From: Atractiella rhizophila
Taxonomy: Eukaryota
Length of the DNA: 43,259 nt
Assembly: GCA_021432655.1 (NCBI GenBank)
Contig: MU271347.1
Coordinates: 1 to 43,259 of the forward strand
Direction of reading: 5' to 3'
Positions 23,555 through 36,758 of the stretch are shown here, one piece after another. A model generated the notes under the pieces. The model ran no database searches, was not told the origin of the DNA, and saw only the letters and a program-made list of their open reading frames with translations. Both the position numbers and the translations under genes were made by a program. Position 1 is the stretch's first letter. The number at the start of each line of letters is the position of its first letter.

Positions 23555-24834
23555 TTAACGCCACCACGCTTATGTTACGTTTGCGCGACTTTGAACAATT
23601 CGCAGTTGAAGTCCAGCCGCGTCCAGTTGTGCGCCTTGACTTGCTCCTCTTTGCAGTCGAAGGGAGTCCGCTCGAGGGAGTTGGTTTGCAGAGGCCACAC
23701 TTACAGGAAAAGGTATCGGAACGTGGTGATGGCTGAGAGACGTAGATTACCGACACATTCCGTTATATTCCTCGTCTATGCTCGTGACCGTGACGGTTCC
23801 TTTGTGTCGTAACTGCTGGAAGGTGTCCGAATCAATGGTCCATCCATTTTGGAGGTGTGCTGGAGAGAGATAAGATACAAGGGAAGAGTTCTTCGAGCAA
23901 GCATGTGCTCGCTTCCTCGCTTGAATGCCGTGACGACGCAGTTTTGTTGGAATGCCACTAGGTCATTCGAATACCCAAACTAGTCCAAAGATAATCGTTC
24001 TTTGGTGTCCTGGGTGGCTTGTGATATTGCAATCTTGTTGCTGTCGTTGCTCGTCAAAGGAGCGTCAGATACTCGTACCAAAAACGTCCTACAAAACGAA
24101 AAGCATTGCCATGTCGCGATTCCTTATAATAAGCGGAACGGTGCTTCGATGGCAACGAGACACGAATGACACACACGTAATAATGGCCGCAAAAACAGCT
24201 TCAAAAGGATCAGTGGGGTAACGTGAAAGTCAACGATACAACTATTCGCTAGAAAATCCAGTCCATCGCGTTCTACAGTGCATGACGCACTGACTGTCAG
24301 TGTAAAGGTTTTTATTGTAATAAATTGGATTGGACACATTTGATGATTTGACGCTCATCCGACATGAAATCAGCAAACAGGAAACAGAACGGAGAAAAAC
24401 GCTAACTCCTCTCGACTGGAGCATTTTGTAGAGATAACAGAGATACTCATCGTTTCACAGTGCCGTTCTACTGGCCCATGCACATAAAATAGTCACAATC
24501 CTGCTTCTCTGAGAGGTAGATTCATTCCCGTGGTCCATCTGGATCAACTTGCATTCTAAATACGTATCGCCAGCCAGCGTACACCGCTCCTTCAGCAATA
24601 ACTAATGGCCTAGAATAACTAGCCATTGGCAGAATTCAAGTTCATCGCTTCGCTGCCAAATGCTGTGTGCCAGTGTACGCTTCCGTGCTTGGCGAACACT
24701 GCAAAAGTGCCACGTCGCCGCCAGATCTCCACCGCCTTACTTTCCATCATTCAAAAGGAAGCAACCACTTCCACCTCCCTACTTCCCTTCACGCTACTCC
24801 CTCCTACTGCGCAGCCCACCAGGGATTATCTACC

Positions 24835-27780
24835 ATGCACCTCCTCCCGCTCCTCCTCTCCGCCGCCACCGTCCTCACCTCCACAGCGCAACAGACGACC
24901 TCCATCCTCTCCCTCGACCTCGGCACCTCACACATCAAGTCCTCCCTCCTCAAGCCCTCGCGTCCCTTCGACGTCCTCCTCGACCGCGACAGCAAGCGCA
25001 AAGTGTACCACGGGGTGTACCTGCCCTCCTCGCACGACGAGTACAAGGTCGGCGGATCCGCAGAGACGCTCCTCACTCGGTATCCGGAGAGGAGTTATCC
25101 TAATTTGGGACTGTTGTTGGATGAGGAGGGGAGAGCGCTTTGGGAGAGCTTGTATGGGAAGGGAAGGGTGGAGGAGAAGGATGGCAGGACGTGGGTTGAT
25201 GGTGAGAGGACGGAGGAGTTGAATGCTCTTGTTCTCAGTTATTTTAAGGGTTTGGCGGAGAGTGAGTTGAATAGTGGACAGAAGAATGGTGGGAAGAATG
25301 CGGAAGAAAAGGAAGAGGTTAAGGATGTCGTCGTTACTGTGAGTTTTCATTCTTGATTGGATTTTGGTTCTATTGTAGCAATCTTCTATGCTACCGATGC
25401 TACCCGCTTGCAGACGTAGCAGTGTTCTATCCACTTTAGTGACGCAGTCTTGAGAATGGAGAGTTTCATGCTCGTGTGTGCTTGATACATGTCCACCCAC
25501 CATTCTTTCGTCGTTTTTAGATTCATCTTCAGCAAAAGAACATATTGGTCCAATTACCTCTGTTTGCATCAATGTTGGAGGGTTCATTAGCTAACAAGGT
25601 TGCAATTTGTGCCAAATGGACTTTAACGACAACTTTTTATCGCTCCATTCGGATTCCATGCCGTCAAGATAAAATCAGACTGATGAGAGTTTATGCTCTA
25701 GGTTCCACCGTACTTTACCCAAGTCGAAAAACAAATCATCAAGGATTCGCTCGAGCTCACCGGGCTCCGACTGCTTGGATTCGTCAAGGACGGAACAGCT
25801 GGTCCGTCCTCATCCCCCATCTTATTTCATGGTAACACTGACATTATCCTATGGTCGTCTCGTCTTTAGCTGCGGTCAACTATGCTCTAAGCAGGACAGT
25901 CGAAAACCAATCCATCCACATCCTCTACGACGCCGGCTCCGCAGCCATCAAAACGACTCTCATCCGTCTCTCCCAAAAAGAAGTACCCTCCTCGCACCTC
26001 TCCCCCAACTCGCCCCTGAAGAACGTAACAACGGTCGAAGTCCTCGCGAACGCGTGGGACCGCAAAGCCGGCGGATTGGAGATGGACCGTCGTCTTGGAG
26101 AATTGCTGTTTGAGGACTTTTTGGGGAATGAAGGAAAGGGGTCGGGCGCGGATAAGAATAAGAGGGCGAGGATGAGGGTTCTTAAGGAGGCGGGGAGGGT
26201 GAAGAGCATTTTGAGCGCCAATGGGGAGGGCGTCAGCCGAGTGCGTCTTTTTCCCTCTACGCTCTACTCACTGTGGTGATACATTTTTGACCTTGATTGA
26301 TTGTGTGTGGATAGATTGAGGGTCTGATTGATGAACTCGATTTGAAGACGACTATCCAGAGGGAACGCTTCGAAAGCGCCTGTGAAGACCTTATCCCTTC
26401 CTTCGTTAATCCTATCCACGAGGCTTTGGCCGCTGCTAACGTTTCCATTGTATGTCTATACCTTTCTTCCTTTTTACCCATGACATCCGTTGATAAGTGA
26501 GGCAGGACGATGTTGAATCTCTCATCCTTGTTGGTGGGAACTCCCGTGTACCCATGATCCAAAGAGCTATCAAGACCGTCGTTCCCGAGTATGTTGCCTA
26601 CTCTCTTTTTTTTCAGCTACTAACCCTGTGTGGTGTGTGGTTATAGATCGAAGATTGCCGTCAACCTCAACGCAGACGAAGCCGCCGTCCTTGGCGCAGC
26701 TCTCTATGGAGCTGGTCTGTCAAGACAATTCAAGACGAAGGAAGTCAGAGTCGAAGATATCTCTGGAAACGATATCGTTGTTTCATATGAAGCGGACAAG
26801 AAGCCCGGAAGTCAGTTCTTCCCTTCCTCCTCTGAAACATAAACACATGGGCTTGTTGTTCATGTTGCTGTTTAATCAGGTGAGACTGCGAAGACTATGA
26901 CGAGCACGTTGTTCAAGAAGAGCTCGAAGACAGGAGTCAAGAAGACTCTTTCTCTCAAGAAATCTGGAGACTTTGTTCTTTCGTTCGGATACAAAGCCGC
27001 TGAGTACGTCACTCTCCTCCATAACCAACCTCAAATCTTAGTTGATGACCATACGGCAGTGCCAACACTTTCTTCGCCAAAGCGAATATCAGCGGCCTTG
27101 ATGTCGCTGTCAAGACCTTGTCTGATGAGCAGAAACAAAACGTCACTGTCAAAGCGATAGTTGAGTTGAACGAGTCAAACATGATTCAAGTCCTCAAAGC
27201 GACTGCCACTATTCCAACAGTTGACAAAGAGAATATCGGTCGGTGTCTCATACTCAAGCAGATGACCTTCACTTACACAGTCTATAGAAAAGTTAACGGG
27301 ACTGCTTGCCAACGAGACTGGAGAACCCAGCGAGGAGGTCAAGAAGATCATTGAAGAACTTGAGGCTGCCAGAAAAGATGTCAAAGAGACGACAGTTGAT
27401 TTGAAGGTCACTGTGGAACCTACTGCCGTTGTGCCTTTCACAAAGGACGAAAAGAAGGTCTCCAAGAAGAAGTACGCGTTTTTACTCTCTTTCCATAGTA
27501 CATTGATTAAACATCTTAATAGGGTGAGGGCACTTCAAGCTGCCGAGCAAGCGAAACTGGTGCGAGAGGAAACGAGGAATATTGTTGAAGCCATGTGTTA
27601 TCGCGTTAACGAGTACTTTACGGATGAAGAGTTCATCAGTCATTCCATCGAGTCTGAACGAGAGGCCATCAAGAAGGTCGTTGACGAGTCGATGGATTGG
27701 TTGATCGATCATGGAGACAAGGCTTCAACGGAAGAGTTGACCAAGTACAAGGAAGCTATCGAGTTTGTTTTTCCGTTTTT

Positions 27781-27785
<5 letters not shown>
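24835..27785 (+). CDS. LHS1: LHS1/GRP170, 3'-truncated copy (lacks the last two exons and HDEL)
   Basis: Same exons as the complete copy up to ...KYKEAIE; cut in the following intron by poly(A). Confidence 0.85.

Positions 27786-27818
<33 letters not shown>
27786..27818 (+). other. 33-nt poly(A) at duplication junction
   Basis: Absent at the equivalent sites (near 32262 and 21199). Confidence 0.95.
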
Positions 27819-27821
<3 letters not shown>

Positions 27822-29297
27822 TAAATGCTCTCATTGTAAAATACTGGCTAAACGAAAAATGGAGGCAAGGGCTACACGGACCAGCCCAAAGGGAACATGT
27901 TTCAGTCTTCAACGATCGAATCAATCGAGCAACCCATTTTTTTCCAGGCCCATAATTATCTAAGTCGCCTCCATCGTACCATGGTTGCCGACCCTCACAA
28001 CGTTTTAAGAGACTTCATTAACGCCACCACGCTTATGTTACGTTTGCGCGACTTTAAACAATTCGCAGTTGAAGTCCAGCCGCGTCCAGTTGTGCGCCTT
28101 GACTTGCTCCTCTTTGCAGTCGAAGGGAGTCCGCTCGAGGGAGTTGGTTTGCAGAGGCCACACTTACAGGAAAAGGTATCGGAACGTGGTGATGGCTGAG
28201 AGACGTAGATTACCGACACATTCCGTTATATTCCTCGTCTATGCTCGTGACCGTGACGGTTCCTTTGTGTCGTAACTGCTGGAAGGTGTCCGAATCAATG
28301 GTCCATCCATTTTGGAGGTGTGCTGGAGAGAGATAAGATACAAGGGAAGAGTTCTTCGAGCAAGCATGTGCTCGCTTCCTCGCTTGAATGCCGTGACGAC
28401 GCAGTTCTGTTGGAATGCCACTAGGTCATTCGAATACCCAAACTAGTCCAAAGATAATCGTTCTTTGGTGTCCTGGGTGGCTTGTGATATTGCAATCTTG
28501 TTGCTGTCGTTGCTCGTCAAAGGAGCGTCAGATACTCGTACCAAAAACGTCCTACAAAACGAAAAGCATTGCCATGTCGCGATTCCTTATAATAAGCGGA
28601 ACGGTGCTTCGATGGCAACGAGACACGAATGACACACACGTAATAATGGCCGCAAAAACAGCTTCAAAAGGATCAGTGGGGTAACGTGAAAGTCAACGAT
28701 ACAACTATTCGCTAGAAAATCCAGTCCATCGCGTTCTACAGTGCATGACGCACTGACTGTCAGTGTAAAGGTTTTTATTGTAATAAATTGGATTGGACAC
28801 ATTTGATGATTTGACGCTCATCCGACATGAAATCAGCAAACAGGAAACAGAACAGAGAAAGACGCCAATTCCTCTCGACTGGAGCATCTTGTAGAGATAA
28901 CCGAGACACTCATCGTTTCACAGTGCCGTTCTACTGGCCCATGCACATAAAATAGTCACAATCCTGCTTCTCTGAGAGGTAGATTCATTCCCGTGGTCCA
29001 TCTGGATCAACTTGCATTCTAAATACGTATCGCCAGCCAGCGTACACCGCTCCTTCAGCAATAACTAATGGCCTAGAATAACTAGCCATTGGCAGAATTC
29101 AAGTTCATCGCTTCGCTGCCAAATGCTGTGTGCCAGTGTACGCTTCCGTGCTTGGCGAACACTGCAAAAGTGCCACGTCGCCGCCAGATCTCCACCGCCT
29201 TACTTTCCATCATTCAAAAGGAAGCAACCACTTCCACCTCCCTACTTCCCTTCACGCTACTCCCTCCTACTGCGCAGCCCACCAGGGATTATCTACC

Positions 29298-32200
29298 ATG
29301 CACCTCCTCCCGCTCCTCCTCTCCGCCGCCACCGTCCTCACCTCCACAGCGCAACAGACGACCTCCATCCTCTCCCTCGACCTCGGCACCTCACACATCA
29401 AGTCCTCCCTCCTCAAGCCCTCGCGTCCCTTCGACGTCCTCCTCGACCGCGACAGCAAGCGCAAGGTGTACCACGGGGTGTACCTGCCCTCCTCGCACGA
29501 CGAATACAAGGTCGGCGGATCCGCTGAGACACTCCTCACTCGGTATCCGGAGAGGAGTTATCCTAATTTGGGGCTGCTGTTGGATGAGGAGGGGAGAGCG
29601 CTGTGGGAGAGCTTGTATGGGAAGGGAAGGGTGGAGGAGAAGGACGGCAGGACGTGGGTTGATGGTGAGAGGACGGAGGAGTTGAATGCTCTTGTTCTCA
29701 GTTATTTTAAGGGGTTGGCGGAGAGCGAGTTGAATAGTGGACAGAAGAATGGCGGGAAGAATGCGGAAGAAAAGGAAGAGGTTAAGGATGTCGTTGTTAC
29801 TGTGAGTTTTCGTTCTTGATTGAATTTTGGTTTTATTGCAGCAATCTTCTATGCTACTTATGCTACCCGCTTGTAGACGTAGCAGTGTTCTATCTACTTT
29901 AGTGACGCAGTCTTGAGAATGGAGAGTTTCATGCTCCTGTGTGCTTGATACATCCCCACCCACAATTCTCTCGTCGTTTTTTGGATTCATCTTCAGCAAA
30001 AGAACACATTGGTCCAATTACCTCTGTTTGCATCAATGTTGGACGATTCATTAGCTAACAAGGTTGCAATTTGTGCCAAATGGACTTTAACGACAACTTT
30101 TCATCACTCCATTCGGATTCCATGCCGTCAAGATAAAATCAGACTGATGAGAGTTTATGCTCTAGGTTCCACCGTACTTTACCCAAGTCGAAAAACAAAT
30201 CATCAAGGATTCGCTCGAGCTCACCGGGCTCCGACTGCTTGGATTCGTCAAGGACGGAACAGCCGGTCAGTCCTCCTCCCCCTATCTCATTTCATGGTGA
30301 CGACTGACACTGACATTATTCCATGGTCGTCTTCATGTTTAGCTGCGGTCAACTATGCTCTAAGCAGGACAGTCGAAAACCAATCCATCCACATCCTCTA
30401 CGACGCCGGCTCCGCAGCCATCAAAACGACTCTCATCCGTCTCTCTCAAAAAGAAGTACCCTCCTCGCACCTCTCCCCCAACTCGCCCCTCAAGAACGTA
30501 ACAACGGTCGAAGTCCTCGCGAATGCGTGGGACCGCAAAGCGGGTGGATTGGAGATGGACCGCCGCCTTGGAGAATTGCTGTTTGAGGATTTTTTGGGGA
30601 ATGAAGGAAAGGGGTCCGGCGCGGATAAGAATAAGAGGGCGAGGATGAGGGTTCTTAAGGAGGCGGGGAGGGTGAAGAGCATTTTGAGCGCCAATGGGGA
30701 GGGTGTCAGTCGAGTACGTCTTTTTCGCTCTACGCTTTACTCACTGTTTGGTGATGCATTTTTGACCTGATTGATTATGTGGATAGATTGAGGGTCTGAT
30801 TGATGAACTCGATTTGAAGACGACTATCCAGAGGGAACGCTTCGAAAGCGCTTGTGAAGACCTTATCCCTTCTTTCGTTAATCCTATACACGAGGCTTTG
30901 GCCGCTGCTAACGTTTCCATTGTATGTCCATACCTTTCTTCCTTTTTACCCATGACATCCGTTGATAAGTGAGGCAGGACGATGTTGAATCTCTCATCCT
31001 TGTTGGTGGGAACTCCCGTGTACCCATGATCCAAAAAGCTATCAAGACCGTCGTTCCCGAGTATGTTCCCTGCTCCCGCTTTTTGTCCATCTATTGACCC
31101 TATGTGGTGTGTGGTTATAGATCAAAGATTGCAGTCAACCTCAACGCAGATGAAGCGGCCGTCCTTGGCGCAGCTCTCTACGGAGCTGGTCTGTCTAGAC
31201 AATTCAAGACGAAGGAAGTCAGAGTCGAAGATATCTCTGGAAACGATATCGTTGTTTCCTATGAAGCGGACAAGAAGCCCGGAAGTCAGTTCTTCCCCTC
31301 TCCTCTTCTCAAACATAAACAAGTGGGCTTATTGTTGGTCTTGCTGTTTGATCAGGTGAGACTGGGAAGACTATGACGAGCACGTTGTTCAAAAAGAGCT
31401 CGAAGACTGGAGTCAAGAAGACTCTTTCTCTCAAGAAATCTGGAGATTTTGTTCTTTCGTTCGGATACAAAGCCGCTGAGTACGTCACTCTCCTCCATCA
31501 CCACCTCAAATCTTAATTGATCACCATACGGCAGTGCCAACACTTTTTTCGCCAAAGCAAACATCAGCGGCCTTGATGCCGCCGTCAAGACCTTGTCTGA
31601 TGAGCAGAAACAAAACGTTACTGTCAAAGCGATAGTAGAGTTGAACGAGTCAAACATGATTCAAGTCCTCAAAGCAACTGCCACTGTTCCAACAGTTGAT
31701 AAAGAGAATATCGGTCGGTGTCTCATACTCAAGCAGATGACCTTCACTCACACAATCTATAGAAAAGTTAACGGGACTGCTTGCCAACGAGACTGGAGAA
31801 CCAAGCGAGGAGGTCAAGAAGATCATCGAAGAACTTGAAGCTGCCAGAAAAGATGTTAAAGAGACGACGGTTGATTTGAAGGTCACTGTTGAACCTACTG
31901 CGGTTGTGCCTTTCACAAAGGACGAAAAGAAGGTCTCCAAGAAGAAGTACGCGTTTTTATTCTCTTTCCATAGTACATTGATTAAGCATCTTAATAGGGT
32001 GAGGGCACTTCAAGCTGCCGAGCAAGCGAAACTGGTGCGAGAGGAGACGAGGAATATTGTTGAAGCCATGTGTTATCGCGTTAACGAGTACTTTACGGAT
32101 GAAGAGTTCCTCGGCCATTCCATCGAGTCTGAACGTGAGGCCATCAAGAAGGTCGTTGACGAGTCGATGGATTGGTTGATCGATCACGGAGACAAGGCTT

Positions 32201-32806
32201 CCACGGAAGAGTTGACTAAGTACAAGGAAGCTATCGAGTTTGTTTTTCCGTTCATTATCTTTACATTCCACATACTAAGGTATTGCGCGATGACAGGAAG
32301 GTAGTCGTCCCTGTCACGCACCGAATGACGGAGACCAAATACAGGGAACCGGCCATTGAGGACTTCAGCTCAGGTATGTTTCTCCTCTCTGAGCACATAC
32401 GAACATGGACTGACTTCTTTCAAAAGGTTTGTTGAAGGTCCTCGCTTTCCTACAATACGCCCGCGACAATTTCACAAAAGCCGAAGAGGCATACCAGACT
32501 CCGCTCCACACTAAGGGCGAGCTGGACTGGCTGGAACGACACATGTTCGAAGAGGACGCATGGCTACGGGATATGATTGAGAAGCAGAAGAACATTCCTC
32601 TTCATGAGAACCCTATTCTCGAGATTTCAGAGATGCGATCGCGACTAGTCAAGATTCTGATGGAGATGGACAAGCTCTGGGGGAAGAAACCTGCTAAACC
32701 AAAAACTTCGAAGCCCAAGACCTCTTCCTCCACCTCCACTTCGAGTTCAACGAGCTCGTCGCCTTCTCCGAGCTCCACGAGCACTACGGGACACGATGAA
32801 TTGTAG
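29298..32806 (+). CDS. LHS1: ER-lumenal Hsp70-family nucleotide exchange factor (LHS1/GRP170/HYOU1), complete copy
   Basis: Signal peptide; DRDSKRK; VVVT|VPPYF; LYDAGS; GGLEMD; VKSILSAN; LILVGGNSRVPMIQ; NLNADEAAVLGAALYGA; REETRNIVEA; C-terminal HDEL*. Confidence 0.93.
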
Positions 32807-32964
32807 ATTACTTATGTCGGGATAGATTGCTGGCCTCCGTTCCTTAATGCATGAAAATGTTTATAATTCCCAGATATTTCGTTACAAGGCAAAACAGAAG
32901 ACGAAAAAGCTGAATAACCTGAAGCAGAATAACGTCAACGCTGCGTCTGCTGCTGGTTCGATGC

Positions 32965-35900
32965 CTAAAGAATGGTGCATGAGATGCTGCTGGGTATGCG
33001 GCGAGGAATCAAACGTACGAGCAAGGAGAGAAGAGCCTGAACTTGAGCGTTATTTTGATTGAGAGCAGGTGCCGGAGCAGGAGGAGGTTGAGGTCTGGCC
33101 AGAGCGTGTAATGCGCCGAGATTAAACGGTGCAGCTGGAGCCGGAGCGGGGGCAGGCTGCTGTGTCGCGGATTGAGGTTGCTGTTGCTGGAGCAGCGCCA
33201 ATATCGCAGGGGGGATTCCTCCCGGAAGTCCAGCTGGTGCAGGAGGTGCGTGATTTGCTACTGGAGCTGGTTGTTGGTAAGCGGCAAGGCTGGCTGCTAA
33301 AGGATTGGTAGACGCGGCGGGCGGCGCGTTTCCAAAGCCTGGGAAAGAGAATGGTGTCGCGGTGCTCGGAGGTTGAGAGAAGGGTTGGGGAGCAGGAGCG
33401 GCGGCTCCACCAAGAGCAGAAAGGAGCTGTTGAACCTTTTGTGCCTGCTCTAGCCGGCTATCAACAGACTGTAAAGAGAGGTATTAGTGAAACCCTTGAT
33501 CCTCGGCCGCGACTTGGAACTTACTGGAGGAATGGCAGCAGGTGGTGCGCCATATCCTGATCCGCCAGCATCATACCGGTCTCTCTCTCTATCTCCGCCA
33601 TAACCATCGTCGTCTACGAGTGCGTCAGCACCATCACGCTTCCAAGGAGAAGGGGATGACATACGATAGCCCCTATCCCTGTCCCTTCGATCTCGTTCCA
33701 TTTCATACTCTCTCCTCGCTCTGAGATCCCTCTCCCTATCATCTCTCCTACAAAAGTATGTCATCAGCTGGTGCTGCCAGGAGAGTCATAAAGCCTACTT
33801 TGGAACTGGTGCAGCATGAGGACCATGTCCTAGATCCCAAGCATATTTGAGGTCAAGCGTTCCGCCCATCCATGGCGTCCCAAGGAGTTCATCGTACGCC
33901 CTATAACACGCTCTGCTATCCCAAAACTCGATAAATCGTTCCCTAAAACCTTTTAATTAATGACTTCATGGATACGGACGAGCAACCTCACCTGGGACGA
34001 TCTTTGTGAGGGAAGATATTCTTGATGTCTCCAAAAACGCTGAACTTTTGATGGATGTCAGCATCCGTGAAAGGATACTTGGCGTCCTTGCAATGAAAAA
34101 ACAGCGTCCCTTGATTCTTTTCGCGATCGCAACGTTTCTGCTGTTCGTCCTCTCGAGGAAGGGAGTAGTGAACATCGATCGTGCGTTTTGGTCCATCACC
34201 CTGTAGCACACATACACTCATGAGGGATACACGACGAACGACGCGAATCACTCACGCCTCTTCCCCCACCAAGATTTGAATCTTGCATCCTATCCTTCGC
34301 CATCATCGCAGCGCGCAGATCATGCTAGACCGAGCATCAGCTTCTGGTGGCGCGAAAACAAGTGGGAGATCGACATACATAAGTAACGAAGACCATTCCT
34401 CGATTGGCAATGAGGTCGAAGAAAGTCTTGATCTCTCCAAAGCGCTCGAACTTCTCTCGAACTTCCCTCGCGCTCGTTTCATACTGAACCCAGTCAGACC
34501 TAGTCTCCCCCAACCTCAAGGCGAAGACTGACTTTGATGTTTCGAATGAATAATGTACGACATGGTCGTTCGCGGTTGATACGTTCTTCGATCAAGAGGT
34601 TTTCACGATGACGGCGGACATCATCAGTGTCATAATCTAAACAAAATGCTTGATGAGTATCCTGACAGTTATCAACTCTCTTCAAATAGCGACGTTAAAT
34701 AACAATCAAGATGCAAGATGTGTAAGAAAAGAGGGAATTTCTAGTCTTGCACGTCTGAAGATTAAGATGTCGCAGAGCACGACAAGGTTTTGGAGCCGAT
34801 CCTGCAGTAGCATCAGCAAAATGTACGAGATTATCAAAAATTATCTGCATACCATACTAAGTCATCCATAGATGACCCAACTCCGCTACATCAGAAGGGA
34901 ACCACCAACCAACCACAACACTCAGAGGAAGGATTGAGTCCATTCAGTCGTCCAGCCTTCCTGAATCCAGCAATCACCACAAGAAGCTCGAGGGGTATCA
35001 TGAACAGTCCAAACTCGTCGTCGCGGTCCAGGATTCTCTTGTCCATTCACGACGATCCTTCCTGTCCTTTCCAGATACTTAAGCTGAGTGCGCGTGAGAA
35101 CATGTCCTCCACGAGCTAGTGTCGGTGTTCGGGCGGATAGGAAAGGGAGGTAAATTGGTAAAGGAGTTTTGGAGGTAAAGACACTTCGACGAGAGATGCG
35201 GCTTGCAGGGGATGATGGATGATGGAAAGGCATTGACTTTGGTTGCGATTGGTTGCTGACAATATGAGACGTCTGACTAGACGAGGACCGTTTCGTGGTC
35301 GAAGAGAAGGGCTTATCCACGATTGTTCGACTTGACTTGCTTTACACTTCTTCTTCTCTGGCCGACAACCTTTCGCTGTGCATCCAGACATCGCTCACAC
35401 CTCATTTCGCATCTCGAACGCAGTTTCTAGTCTGAACCTCCATTCTTTCCCACGACAGCAAGTAAATCCGTTGCGCACTTGAGGTTTTTCTCTCTCCTAG
35501 TGTGGACGTAAGGGATGACGTGAATTTTGACTGTTCTTCATTTGGGCTAATGTGAAGGAGGGCTCGTTGGTGGCTAGTACTGAACTCTCCTCAAATGCTC
35601 GGAATGTAAGCACGCGAGGATGAAGTGGCGTAACCAGGTTGAGGTGGGTCGACGATTTCAAGCTGCACTGAGGGAGATGATTGGCTGGTTTGACGCTCGA
35701 GATTCAACCGCGCTTCAACCGCAGACCGTTGTGGCTTTCAACTTCGGGATTGATAGAGGGCAGCGAAAGTATTGCAGGCAGTCTTTCCGGTGTTCATGAA
35801 AGCGCTCATATCGTCCAAAGAGGTTAGAATGATATCCCTGATTGGGGTCTCGGCAGACCGGATGCTTTCATTTGGTTATTTCTCGTTGGGAGCGTGGGAG

Positions 35901-36563
35901 CGTGGTTGAACAGACAGGGCTACCTCGTAAGCGAGTCGTTCACAAACAGCGTGACGTGGTGTGGTGTTGACAAGTTCAGAGTAGACGTATCCTGCGGCTT
36001 GGTTTTCCTTTGGTGACGCTTGACGTGGTGCAACGGCAGACTTTCTTCTCAATCACCCGCTAACCTCATCATCTTAAGACTCACTCCAAGCTACAATTGG
36101 CTTTCTCAAGTTCATCAGTTGAGGAAAAAAACCTCAAACTCAAATCTCAAACTTCCCACGAACGAGCAAGACCTTCAGTCTCCACATCCGACAACAAAAT
36201 AAAGTGCACCATCCTCCAATCCCCAACAACAAAGCGGGTGCACTCACCGGGATCCCTCGCCCTGAACCGATCACCATCCCTCTCCCTCTCCATACCCCTA
36301 TTCGGCGGACTCAAGCTCCTCCTATCCCTCCTCTCCACACTATCCCTTCGATCCCTATCCCTCTCCCTCATCGGGAACGGCTCTCGCGCAGGAGGCGGAC
36401 CTCGCCCTCTCCTCCCCCTGTCTCCTCCTCCTCGTCCCCTGCCACCTCCCTGCGGCCTGTCGAACCCTCGGTCTCGAGCGTCTCGATCGCGGTCGTTGAA
36501 GGCGGTCTGTGGGATGGGAGGGAGTGGGTGCACCATCTGGCCTGGAAGCATTGGGCGGGACAT
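32965..36563 (-). CDS. Two-RRM RNA-binding protein (Mei2-like RRM1/RRM2) with Arg/Asp-rich and Pro/Gln-rich disordered regions
   Basis: Spliced RPCRTLFIRNIK|YETSAREVREKFERFGEIKTFFDLIANRGMVFVTY|HDLRAAMMAK...IDVHYSLP...NQGTLF...FSVFGDIKNI...RFIEFWDSRAC...LDLKYAWD. Exon 1 is RD/RG-rich. Confidence 0.82.
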
Positions 36564-36758
36564 GGCGTTATTCTTCTGTGTTCTTTTTTTGGTCGTCAAA
36601 TTTGTCAGAGTTGGGGAAGTTCTTCAGGGTTAGGGCCAAATAAGGTTACTTTAAGGTTACGTGATTGTTCTACACACTACAGTTGGCCGTAGTGTAGTTT
36701 GTTTATCTGCATTGAAGCACCAGTGCAGAAGGCAGTCTTACAAGAAGGACAGGACGAC
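36564..36758. promoter_or_regulatory. Compact bidirectional promoter region (195 bp between divergent ATGs)
   Basis: RRM gene ATG at 36563 (-) and Rab5 ATG at 36759 (+). Confidence 0.6.

Larger units (their letters stand above)
21199..32262 (+). repeat. Three tandem units of the LHS1 locus (21199-23554, 23552-27785, 27817-~32262)
   Basis: Each unit has the same 1.3-1.5-kb upstream region plus the LHS1 5' end. The junctions are a TCA microhomology (23552-23554) and a poly(A) run (27786-27818). Confidence 0.95.

Noticed and set aside
18208..27818. Poly(A) runs as retrocopy or LINE/SINE tails
   Set aside because: Flanking genes keep all introns, no TSDs are seen, and the first run is antisense to both flanking genes.
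34922..35391. Nested protein-coding gene in the RRM intron
   Set aside because: The ORFs are short, overlap in different frames and show no motif or clear splice pattern.
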